A stretch of DNA of 64,000 nt from Massalongia carnosa (Eukaryota). Shown here piece after piece: positions 36,835-47,899 of the stretch (position 1 is the first letter of the stretch; each line of letters begins with the position of its first letter). The translations under genes and the position numbers were made by a program. The DNA lies in the NCBI GenBank assembly GCA_965645245.1, contig OZ287082.1, positions 1,364,001 through 1,428,000 on the forward strand. Direction: 5' to 3'. The notes beneath the pieces are model-generated. The model was not told where the DNA came from. It did no database searches and saw nothing but the letters and a program-made list of their open reading frames with translations.

Positions 36835-39800
36835 TTACAAAACTCCAGCAGCATTGAGTATGCTCAAATATTGCTTGGCATGTTGTTCCTCCACCCGTAA
36901 TTTAGCTTTGATGGCATTCGACACTTTGCTTGGTAATTTATCGTAAGTGACGTGAGGACTAACTAATCCTCATATATTGCTGATCTTGACCGAACCGAGC
37001 ATGAAAGAGCAGCCTCAACGCTCGATCAAGTACTTCGATGTCGTCCATGTCCTCGACAGTGTAGATTCTTGTCGGTGACAAGCTCAACAAGTATCGAAAG
37101 TTCATTTCATCTTGATTGTATTGCTCCTGCTCGATGGAAGTTAGTTTGCTGTAATTTTGTCTCGACTTCTTGGTCGTTGTCGTCTCCAAAACAATATCTT
37201 TCAAGGCAGTTATCTCATCTCCGTCTCCATCACTTTGAAAAGCATCATCACTATCATCCGATATCACCTCGGATTCCTCGTCATCGTTCTCCTCTTCGTT
37301 CTCACTGTCTTTAAATGACGAGTCTTCCTCAAACTGATCTGAAAATTCTTCGTCCACATCTTCATTCATGGATGCTTTGCCCTTCAACTTACGGCGCTTA
37401 CCTTGACCATACTCTTGATAAACATCATCTTGCAGCATTGTATCCGCGAATCTGTCAGGTCTCAGACGTTTTCGGGGTGTAGGATTCGTGACTGTATCGA
37501 GATCAAGATCCAATGGATCTTGCACCGTGATAGCTAATCTACCGCCGGTCTCCTCGTCAAACTCGACATTTATCGAGTTATTTGAATCCTCTGTGGGAAG
37601 AAAATTCTTTTCCTTCAGAATCTCGTGTCCTCTCTGACTCTCGTGTGCCTCTTTTACGTATTTGTTTGACTTATTTAACAAGTCAACTAGTAGGTTCTGC
37701 ACCTCTGACGAGAAGGATCGAGAGGCTAAGTCCACCACGGCCTTGTCTGTTTGCTTGGAGTCTCGATATTGATCATGAGAATTCTTTGTTACAACTCGAA
37801 CAACCAACACGGGTTCGGTTTGAGAAACCTGCATGAAAATGCAACGATTAGACTTTCGTCTCGGTACGAAGAAAGGTCACGCTCTTTTCAGATAACATAC
37901 CCGGATTACTCGAGACCAAGCTTGAATTCTGACGGTGCATTGATTGCTGGCGTTGCCACTAAAACCCGACAACAACATCTATCCAGATTTACTCCTTGTG
38001 CCGACACCTGATACATTATTATCAAAAGCAGTAAGGAATCTTTAGGATCGTTGAATCTTTTAATAAGATTCACGCGCTCTAAATCCGTCAATCCAGCGTG
38101 TAACACTTCGGTCTCCACGTATGCAAAATTACACACGCTATCCCAGAAAAAGGCGTTGAGTGGTACATCTTCTGTGATCAATAGCTTCCGTGGCTTGTCC
38201 GTAACGATATGAGGTAATACATAAGTATGAATTTGATATAGTATGTACTTCATGGTGGGAGAACCGTAGGTCAGAAATTTGAGTTTTTCCGAACCAGTAG
38301 TAACATCAGAGTCTCCTTCTCGTTTCACAAGATTAATGATATGATGAGCAGTCACGCCTTTTGCTCGAAATCGGTTGATATCGTTGACCAAGGTGTTATG
38401 GCCTATTTTTCGAAGCATGCGGTCGAGTCTACTGAGAAGAAGGGAGGCACTGGCGAGAGTTAAATGTCGTAATGGTGCTATGATGTGTGGAAAAATTATC
38501 GGCTCAAGCTTTCTTGATAGCTGTAATTTGTGGCTTCTCCGTCTTCTTGCCCTTCCAATCTTTTATGGCTTGAACAAATTACCTGCATCCATACATTAGC
38601 TTTTATTTGTTTCTCAGATTCATATCGATATGAAGAATAAGCTAACCGAGCGTGAGCTCTATGTACCCATTGGGATTCCGCTGCTTCTTCTTCTTGATAA
38701 GTGAGCTCAACGGTTCTAACTTCGTGGCTTGGGATCATGGAGCGCATAGAAACAGTTTCATCATCATTGATCTTCAGGATGGAGGCAGTGGAGCGGCGAA
38801 TCATTATCAGCTCGTCCATGTAGTGATAATGTTTTGCAATAAGCTGCACATCTTGAGTGAGTAACAAAGCTTCGATTCTGTATGATAGTTAATAAATGAC
38901 GAAAAAGAGGTCGAGATTCGATTGTGCATGCCTCTTAGGATCCATGACGATACGTCGTTTAGAATCCGTTTCGGACAACGACTGAATCGCTTCAAACCTA
39001 TGATAGGACTCCGCCGCGTGCTGCATTAGCCATTCACTCGAAGTCGGATTCATCAATATATCTTGTTTTACCCGTGGCCATAAGATTAATAAAGGTCCGA
39101 GTATGTCCTAACAGACTCGTTAGAAATCATCAGCCCTTTTCATATCAATATGAAAACATTACCAATGAATCGTTGATGACGGGTGTAGCGGTAAAAAACC
39201 AGTGTACCTCAGCCTCGAGCTGCTTGATACTGGCAAAGATCTTGGTGCCAGGATGTCGCAATTTGTGGCCCTCATCTAAAAGAACTGGTCCAAATACTCC
39301 TGTCCATTTAGAATTAAAGGTTTTCTTTTCTCTTCCAATTTTGCTCAATTTCGTATGTACAGAAAGAGTTCGGCGCGCAAAAGTATCGTAAGACGAAAGT
39401 ATTACGACCTGTGAAGCGGTTGGATTGCTTTGATCAAAAATGTACCGCAAATGAGGAGGCCAATGCGTCAGCTTTCTGGGAGCTTCACGCATTGCTGTTG
39501 CTGAAACCCAATTGATAGCAAATTTAGCGTTAATGAGTTTGTCTCCATGTGCGATTATTAGTGTAAGGGTTGGGAACTGTATAATTGCTTCTTGCCATTG
39601 ATGCAAGACAATTCCACTCGGAGCAATGCAGAGTGCCGGTCGATGCGTAGCTATGATGTTCACGTCTCACTCTGTCATGCATCGCGCGTAATACGCCAGA
39701 AAAAGTAATGCTGTATAGGTTTTTCCAAACCCCATTATGTCAACAACTATTCCACCAAATGTTTGAATACCCTCTAGTTTTTTTGCTGCCTTGGCCAGTT

Positions 39801-39935
39801 CGGGATCATTGACGCGTTCCGAGTCGATAGGTATTCTCCCACATGATCGCTGTAGCATGAAAAGTGCTCCATTTATCTGACTGTCAAGAAAGGAGACTTT
39901 GCAGTCTCCGATGAGGGTATAAACACTTCTGTCAA
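36835..39935 (-). pseudogene. SNF2-family (SF2) ATPase/helicase region with acidic C-terminal tail, frameshifted and spliced
   Basis: GGIVVDIMGFGKT (I), LCIAPSG..QW (Ia), SYDTF, LLDEGHKLR (II), FTATPVIN (III), IRR, AQGVNL (V) and QAWSRVIR (VI). GT-AG introns at 39108-39162 and 37829-37900. Confidence 0.85.
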
Positions 39936-41575
39936 GTAGCTGTGCTTGACCGTGCTTCGAAATGAACTTCATGCCGAGTATTATCTTGCAGATAGCAATA
40001 GGTGGACCGGTCTGTGATGCGCTCTGTAAAGGCGTTTTGAATGTCGAAATATCGTTTGAGATCATGAACGGAATCGGGCTTTTCAAGACATGTTAGAGAC
40101 AACTTCAAACTGATATGAGATTGAATAAATACCTCAGCTGAGAGAAGCGCGGTCTCGCTATCAGTTTGAGCTTGTTGTAGCTCTTCTCGCACCTTTTTAT
40201 TAAGCTTCAAGATACTATTATCCTTCAAAGCCTTCGGCATTTGACCGCAGACTTTGTCCAGTACATGATGTTGCCAGCGTAGCAGACCTTCTTCGGTAAA
40301 AACCTCAAAGTTTTCATGATATAGAAGCATTTCCGAGCGTTGCGTTGAGTCAAAATATGACTGCGGAATGGATTTTTTTCGAGCAATCGTGGATCCATCA
40401 GACAAAAATTGCCGCAGTTTATTGTGCAAAGACGGCGAATAGGATCCTTCCATTAAGCTAGGGTTCATGTTTTCCGGGTCATTTTGCATTGGCATAGTGT
40501 CCTCGAGCGCTTGTGAAGTTTGTGACATCTTCTCGTAAGCTTCATCAATAGATCGAGTGCTCACTGGATCGATCACAGATCTCACAGCTACATCGTTGTC
40601 TTCCGTCACCTGAATGTCTTTCAGAATTGCCAAGAGTGGTCCGTCATGCTCATAGTCAAAGTCTTCATGTTCCTCAATGACATGCAGAGTATAAGAGAAT
40701 ATGAACTCGTCCACATCCTTTTTGGCAAGAAATTCCTGGACCTCCGACCAGGAAGCTGCAGTAGAGGGGTGATTTAGGTCGTAGATCAACAACTCTCGTA
40801 TCGGTATGACTGTATTTCTTACAGTAAGACTCATTGTCAAGAAGTCTACCCGAAGCTGTTCAAAGTGAAGCTGTCGGCGCAGAGTATCTCGCCACATCTC
40901 ACCCGTTGGATATGCACGTGGATCTCGCTCTACTTGCACATTGCTCTCGGGAAGGCGTAAACCATTGAACACGATAAACTCTTGAACATGCTTGTCAAGC
41001 TTTGAACTGTATTTGGTCTTCTGCTGACGATTCAGATACAATATGAAGGATTTTCGTATCAATTCGGTTGGCTCGACAGAAGCAATAGTAATAGAAAGAT
41101 CATCTTGCGGCTCCTCAGGCCGCATCCAAGAGGGTATCATGTCAGCAGAGATCAAAGTGGATGCGTATGGTGAACTTTTTGCATTGACGAATGTTTCCCT
41201 CCACTTTGTTGGCGCGAGGACACATTGCAGAGACTTCAAAATTGAGTTGGTTCGGCTATACCTTTCTAACTCGTCTTCTTTGAAACTTTGCAAGAGATCC
41301 AGTTTGGGATACTGTATGACAGTGTCGTTGAACGCGGGAATCTTTATACTGATAGGAAGACCTTGATTTTGTGCATAGGAAGGTTTGAGCTTTCCCCGCA
41401 CTACAGGTTTTAGATATGAGGGAGATTCTAATAGACAAGTATTTGTCGACTCCTGATCGTCTGTTTGTGAGCGATCCCCGTGGAATAATAGACTCTCAAG
41501 AAGAGCCGGGCAGTTCCACTTCAAACGAATCATTTGCAGAAGTGATCTCCAGATCGGTATGACGAAACGAGCCAT
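39932..41575 (-). CDS. 547-codon open segment linking the transposase and SNF2 regions (unknown domain)
   Basis: Long stop-free ORF that overlaps the transposase C-terminal ORF (41496-41789) and the SNF2 N-terminal ORF (39667-40086). Confidence 0.6.
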   Translation of the reverse strand: MARFVIPIWRSLLQMIRLKWNCPALLESLLFHGDRSQTDDQESTNTCLLESPSYLKPVVRGKLKPSYAQNQGLPISIKIPAFNDTVIQYPKLDLLQSFKEDELERYSRTNSILKSLQCVLAPTKWRETFVNAKSSPYASTLISADMIPSWMRPEEPQDDLSITIASVEPTELIRKSFILYLNRQQKTKYSSKLDKHVQEFIVFNGLRLPESNVQVERDPRAYPTGEMWRDTLRRQLHFEQLRVDFLTMSLTVRNTVIPIRELLIYDLNHPSTAASWSEVQEFLAKKDVDEFIFSYTLHVIEEHEDFDYEHDGPLLAILKDIQVTEDNDVAVRSVIDPVSTRSIDEAYEKMSQTSQALEDTMPMQNDPENMNPSLMEGSYSPSLHNKLRQFLSDGSTIARKKSIPQSYFDSTQRSEMLLYHENFEVFTEEGLLRWQHHVLDKVCGQMPKALKDNSILKLNKKVREELQQAQTDSETALLSAEVFIQSHISLKLSLTCLEKPDSVHDLKRYFDIQNAFTERITDRSTYCYLQDNTRHEVHFEARSSTAT

Positions 41576-44500
41576 TCAAAAGAGCGACAACAGTGAAGAG
41601 GATAGCGGCTTTCACTAAAAGCTGTCGCTCTGGCTTTCGATGATTTGTTGACAATACAGCTTGCTTAAAAAAAGCGATGTTTGTCTTCTCCAAAGAGTAC
41701 ATTAACGTTCCACAGAACACCATACTCCTGCATGACTCTTTCGAAATGCATACCGATATGAAAGTTTGGCAGCTTATTGGCCTCGCCATTCCGAGCAGTC
41801 ATTGATGCAGAAAGTCCCATGTTGGTATCTGATGCAAGATTATCAACGGACGCCTCTTCAAATGGAGTGTCCGTGTCACCATCAAGGAAGTTTATGGATG
41901 TTTCAGAAATCGATGCTCGTCTAGAACTGGAAGACAACTCTTCAGTGACAAAATCACTTTTCTCGTTGTCTTTCTTCTTTCCTTGTCCTTTTGGATTTTG
42001 TGCTGCATTCATCAGACCTAAAAAATATTGTCGAGCATTGATGATTTGACTGTGAAATTCTTGACGATCTTTAAGGAATAACTCGAAAGACGAGATTAAC
42101 GTGTTACTCCATGCGAGTTTCCCAAAGCAAAACACTATCAAATCTTCATCTGAAGCGCAATGGCGACATTCTTTAGGAAACTGGATTTTTAATCCATTTC
42201 GAAAAGGCTGTCGTACATGATAGTTTCTTAACCAACAGCGAAGAAGTAGAGGTATTACGACTGAGGCACGAGCGCATTCGCTCATACTCCATGAGGCCAT
42301 ATGTATAGCCGGAGACTGTATTCGACCCCAGCCAGGTGGAAACGGAAAACAGTGCAAGGCAGCTGTAAACTCTTCAGCAGCCCGTTTCGTGAGTATTTTC
42401 GTGTAAAGAAGAGGGTACAATCTTCGTACCAGTCCGTAATACTCGCTGCCGGATCCGGTGGACAACTCATGATAAGATCAAGCGCCGGGGTTAATGTCTG
42501 AAGCGCAGAAGATTCGGATTTGAGCCCATTTCGTGTAAGATATGCCAGTCTCTTTGTCTTTCCTTTTATTGCTAGGCTTTTTTTTCGTATAGCCAACACC
42601 TCATGATGATAACGACCATGAAGTAGAATATCCCGCTGCAAATCTCCTCGATTATGAAGGCCCGCATCACAAAAGCGACAACAATAGTTGGCACGAGGCC
42701 CAAGAAACCCTCCGGAGGCTTGCTGCTGCTTCATATCACCAAGATATGCTAGAATCGGGGCCCAAGCCGCTTGTTTCTGTCCATTGATTTCAAGAATGCA
42801 ACCACGATCCATGTTTCCCAAACTGGTATGAAGACAGTTCATCACATCGTTAAACTCGGATCCGTGCGGGCCAAGAGCAATGGTGTAAGCATTAAAACTC
42901 TTTTGACGTTCCGAGGCGGGCAAGCCTGCTGGCATGGCATAAACACCTGTGATGGAACGATACATGTTTCGATAACCCGAAATCGTCGATGAAAATGACT
43001 AGAGGATATTACTGAACTCCTTTAATTAGCTGTGAGATTAGGTACTCTCGACCAAAGACCTCCAATTCTAATTCCGCTCGAATCGGTGATGAAAGATTGA
43101 TTGATCTAAGATCTCCTCGCGTGACGTTGAATATCTGAAGAATTAAGACAGGCGTTGTAGACCGTAACTGATCATCCCTACAAACTGCAACATCGAAACG
43201 GCGAGCTAGAACATGCTCGGATAAGACATCTTGATCCGCGTCTTCTATCAAAAGCAACTGATCTTCGGGCCAGTCAAACGTGACTGGAACTGAATATTCG
43301 TCGACGTTCTTTCTACTTATCAAAGGACGAACCCTGACAAGAGTTTGACCTAGGGTCAGAGATCGCGATCTTTGATCACGTCCAAAAAATATGACCTGTC
43401 CGCAGTGACTATCATGAATAATTCCACATTTATCATTGCCACAGCGATACTGCACAATGTCAGAGGGGAAAATAGGGGATGAATCGGGAAATCTCGCAAA
43501 ATCAGTGGAACATGTGCGAACAGAAGAACCCCAACTGTTTGAGTGCCAGTATTCCGAAGGACTATCAACGATCTCTGCTATACCGATATGAATGTTTCGT
43601 TGAGTCGTGGCTGAAAGTAAGATACTGATGACAGTTCGAGTATCAAAGTAATAGACGTTCGCTTGAGCCGGTCTTGGTGTTCTGGTGGGTTGTTTTTCTC
43701 GTCGTACTGATATCGCTGCCTTCTGAATGGATGGAAGGGGAAGGCGCTTACGGCACCAGGAGTGCAAAGTTGATAGTCGCTTTGGCAAATTTCGCACTTT
43801 ATGAATGTCTAACAGTTGCAAAACTTCGAGCAGGCCATCATAATTGCGTCGCTTGATGCCTTCTTTATCACATCAGAGACCAAGAGCCAAGCAAAAATCC
43901 GATATTTCTCATCGTACTGGGCGAGAGGGCACCCGGATATCATCATCAATCGTGCTTTCAGAAGCAGAAGGGGCAATCTCGTTGAAAGACTCAGCGGTGT
44001 CTGTGCTTTCTATATCAAATTCCGCGAGTTGATTCGATGATAATGTCATGATAGCATTTGAAGAAATTAAGCCGACAGCAAAGGCCGATGTATCAGCGAT
44101 TGAAGTAGGTCGAGTATTAACCTTTTGAAACTCTTCATCAGTTTCCCGCTCATAATAACTATATTGATCGAATGCCGTCTTTATATCGGCTGGGAAATTG
44201 TCTTGAACGTGTTGTTCAGGAACTTGATTAGACGATGATTGAATTTTATCGAGATTCTCTATGGTTCTCTTCTTATGCGTCATTGCTATTGGTTCTGAGC
44301 TCTGAATCTGCTTTTGCTCCTCATGAATATGTGCAGAATTGTGTTGATATGAAGAACCGGCTTGCATAGACTCATGATCGGGGAAGTCTATCGGTTGACT
44401 TTTGAAAGGCTGTGGGTTGGCCTGTGGGACACTGCTTTGAACAGTGGATGCTGAAACAATCAATGCCTTTTCCACAAGAGGAGGACCCTGGAATCTTAAT

Positions 44501-44660
44501 TCATCAAGGTCCGGATTATTCAGACTGATATGAAGAAGGCTTACTGCTGAGATGATTGAAGCAGTGTCAATGGTTTAGGCTTTCTTCTCTTCCTCAAAAC
44601 ATGACCTTCATCGATCATCATATTCTCCGTCACATCATCCTGAAATACACGACGAGGCAT
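41500..44660 (-). pseudogene. En/Spm(CMC)/Plavaka-like DDE transposase region, frameshifted
   Basis: Probable ATG at 44660 with basic RKRRKP. Motifs SEYWHSNSWGSS, FIDDFGL-YRNMYRS (D1, ~42985), YLGDMKQQ (D2), CRFC, DPA-SEYYGL and LPNFHIGMHF..EYG..GEDKHRFFK (E). Confidence 0.72.
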
Positions 44661-44833
44661 CGTGTCTTATGACTGAGTTCAATTCTGTGCGCAGGTGAGG
44701 TATTCTCATGAAGAACTGCTTGTGCGTTGATATTTTAGTTATTAGGGCTTTAGCACACTGTTTCAGAACATTACCATTCTTTAGGCTTTCTTCCGATTGC
44801 ACTATCGTTCATGCTGATATCACAAATACAATC

Positions 44834-45757
44834 ATGAATATCTCATCCTCAAATGAAGAGGTCCTTGAACCTATGACACAATCCGAGATAGAATCAGGGC
44901 CAATAGCGGCAGAAATATCAACAAAAAAGAGGCGGAGAAGACACGCCATTACGTCGGAATGGAAAATAATAGCGATGCGATGCGATTGGAGGCTGCTTTG
45001 CGGCCATTTGCGCTTGGTTATGGCAAGTTGGACGCAGATCAGATAGCGCATATCGTACGTACTGCAATCAAGGAAAATGTGGATGACGAAGATATATATT
45101 TCAGGAAAGGACTCACCAAAGCGCAGTCCAACGTTTCAACGTGGAAACATCGCTCTCTGACCTGTATGGAAGTATGTAGCTTGCTATTAGCGTTTATACT
45201 CGACTTTGAATTTTGTTAGGACTATGTGAAGTCTGCGATGAGGAGAGACAACCTAGGGCTGCTGGAATCCGAGCATGACTCGAGCAGATTATTCAAAGCT
45301 TTTGCACAGCAATACGATCCTCACGATGCTGAAACTGTTTTTCCATGGGCTGCAAAAGATTTGATGTTTCATGAGTCTTCAAAAAAGGGCGTAATGCCTC
45401 GAGGACCCTATTGGATTAAAGATATGTGACAAGGCATGGGAGAACTGATGATATTTATATACTGATATGAAACAAGTGTTTTTTCTTAATTTAGCGGTGA
45501 AGACGAAGCTGTTCTTGGATGCCCCCAGAGCAGAAGGGACAGATCGAACCTCCCTGCTAGAGTTCTATGATACGTTTCCCCAAATGGCGAAATACCAAAA
45601 CATCAAGCCACACCATTTCAAATTGAAACCAGCTCGGACAAAACATCTGAGAAAGGAATCATCAGACAAACCAGAGACGGAGGAATTTGGTACCATCATG
45701 GATGAGATGGAGGTCACCGAGGCCGAGAACGAAGACGAGGATCAGTTTAGCTCGTGA
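44834..45757 (+). CDS. Hypothetical spliced gene inside the 10.8-kb element (possibly frameshifted)
   Basis: ATG at 44834, basic KKRRRRH, intron 45171-45219 (GTATGT...TTAG) joining ORFs 44959-45219 and 45226-45429, and a last exon with an acidic tail ending at 45757. Confidence 0.55.
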
Positions 45758-46205
45758 ATGCTTTGCTTTTTTTGTACTGGTATGAAGAAAAGATGTTTTG
45801 CTTGAAGTTGTTGGTGCAATCCTATTTAGCTTCTCATAGCTTGACCGAAGAAAATATTTTGCTTGCACTTGGCTCTAACACAAACTGAAACTTGAAATCT
45901 TGTCAACCAAATATCACACTGTTTCAAAGCACTCCTGATTCGAAAGAATCATGAGCTAATCTGATGAAATTCTTCAAACGAAGATCGTCCTGAGATGATG
46001 TTGTTAGAAACATGCATTCCACGTCATAAGATATCTTACATATAACAAAGTCACGAGATTGTCTTGAAAACAAAATATCTGAACACTATTTGCTTTCTTG
46101 ACTGACGTAACCACTATGTAGATAGACTAAGACAAGAACGTTCTAGTGGATAATATCTTGAGACCATCTCAAGACCATGTCCGAATACCCCAACCGCCCT
46201 TAAGG

Positions 46206-46586
46206 TGTGACGGTTCAACCAGGATGTGGAATTGTCTATCTACTGGGAAGCTATGCACTAGAAAATATCAAAGATGCAGAAAGGAAACAAGCAAAGGCTG
46301 CCCTCCCTAGGAGTCTATATAAATTTTCGCTTGGCCCGATCCAGCTGCTTGTGTCTTCATCAATAAGTGAACAGTTTGGTCAAACAGTCTTTCTGTCCTT
46401 TATCCCTTTCATCCATTTGTGTTTGCTTTAGAAGGTCGTTCCGATACGTCCCTTTCAGTCCTTTCAGACCTCCGTTGATTGCCCCTATGATTGCTAAAAG
46501 GGTTGAGTAACGGAAGCGGTTAGTTCGCCGGCAGATGCCGTACTTTCCTTTGATTGGCCTTGGGTGGATATGGTTGAACCGTGACA
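46206..46586. mobile_element. Solo LTR inserted at the tip of the right TIR
   Basis: TGTGACGGTTCAACC...GGTTGAACCGTGACA termini with TSD TAAGG (46201-46205 / 46587-46591). An inverted homolog lies at 55067-56764. Confidence 0.92.
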
Positions 46587-46794
46587 TAAGGTATCTAGTT
46601 AAAAAATCCTGAGAATAACTAAGGCAAATAATCCCCATAATGATGATACAATTTCTATCGTATGAATGTTTACATAACGTTGACGCTTTCCATGACCCCG
46701 TACTGTATCAAAAATCATACACGAAGTTGATGAGATACCCTTCTCCGCCCTTCTCCGCCCCGGCCGTGCATTCCTGTGAAACAGTTGAGTTTAG

Positions 46795-47365
46795 TTACCC
46801 CGAAACATCGAATCCGGGCACAAGGCGAGACACGTCCAATGTGAGCTTGCTCTCGTCGGCCATCGGGAAATCCTGTTGGGCCATGGCCAGCTGGACGTCG
46901 AAGCGGAGGATCAGCAAAGTCACCAATCCGAATATCTCCTGCATCGCGAAGAACCGGCCAGGGCAGTAGGTCTTATTGCCGTATGGCTTGTAGCTCGCGC
47001 TGCTGGCCAGAGCTTGCCGTGTCAGAAAGCGGCCGGGGCAGAAAGCTGAGGCATCCTCGCCAAACACGTCTTCGTTGTCATGTAGCTGACAGACCGGCAC
47101 GATGACAAAATTGCCTGCCCGCAGCAGTTTGCCTCCTAGTTTCGTGTCGCGCTCGACCTTGCGGAAGGCTAAGTCTCTCTTTTTGAGTCTTAGCGCTTCG
47201 TAGTAGACTGCACGCAATTTCAGACAGCAGTCTGAAAGATACTTCATATCGAGACCGTCATTCCGAACTGCTTGTACGGTTCCTAAGCGGATGACCTCAT
47301 GAAGCTTTTTATCAGAAAGTATATAGGACGTGATTCAAAAGGCTAGCTTGAAAGCATTTGCATAG
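46795..47365 (-). pseudogene. Cytochrome P450 C-terminal fragment
   Basis: ExxR (YYEALR), PERF-like (FCPGRF) and a degraded heme motif PYG...YCPGRFFA. The 5' part is lost. Confidence 0.85.
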
Positions 47366-47899
47366 CCTCTAAGAATTCTTGAAGGGAGAATTGATCACCT
47401 TGATGCATGCATGCATGATACGAATATTTGGAAGAGATACCATATTATTATCTAGCAAATAAGACCCTGCTTTTGGGTAAGACCCTCCCGGATATAAGAC
47501 CCCGTTCAAATTGCTTATTTCCGAACATAGGGGGGGTCCTGCACTATAAGACCATAATTTCGAGATTTTGGGATGACAAATCATCAACAGGGCAATTTTG
47601 TGCAAAACAGTAGTAAAAATTCTCTAAGTATCAGTAAAAATCCCCTGCAAATCAATCGTCATCAATATCCATCTCAGTATCGCTATTTAAAACGGCCCCA
47701 GATTCATCACTCAAAAACATACTCCCTAACCTCAATGACGCCTTCAGTTTCGTCATCCTTCTGTGTCAGGACTCGGGTGTGGGAGCGCTAAATCCAACGG
47801 CTCTTTCCGACCGAAGCTTCGGAGATAAGCTTCTAGAGCCGGATAGAAACTTCGAGAAGAAGGGCAAACGGGGCATATAGATTTCACATTCTTCTTTGT

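Larger units (their letters stand above)
35431..46205. mobile_element. ~10.8-kb TIR DNA transposon carrying a CMC/En-Spm-like transposase, an SNF2 ATPase and a divergent gene
   Basis: ~52-bp imperfect TIRs: 35431 CCTTAAGGGCGGTTGGGGGTTTTCGGACATGGTC..TCTCAAGAT versus the reverse complement of 46155-46205, CCTTAAGGGCGGTTGGGGTATTCGGACATGGTC..TCTCAAGAT. TA lies on both sides once the solo LTR 46206-46586 and one TSD copy are removed. Confidence 0.85.

Noticed and set aside
35431..46205. Classification as piggyBac, Kolobok or Starship
   Set aside because: TTAA occurs in the ends, but the transposase motifs are CMC/Plavaka-like and the helicase is SNF2, not RecQ. No tyrosine recombinase captain was recognised.
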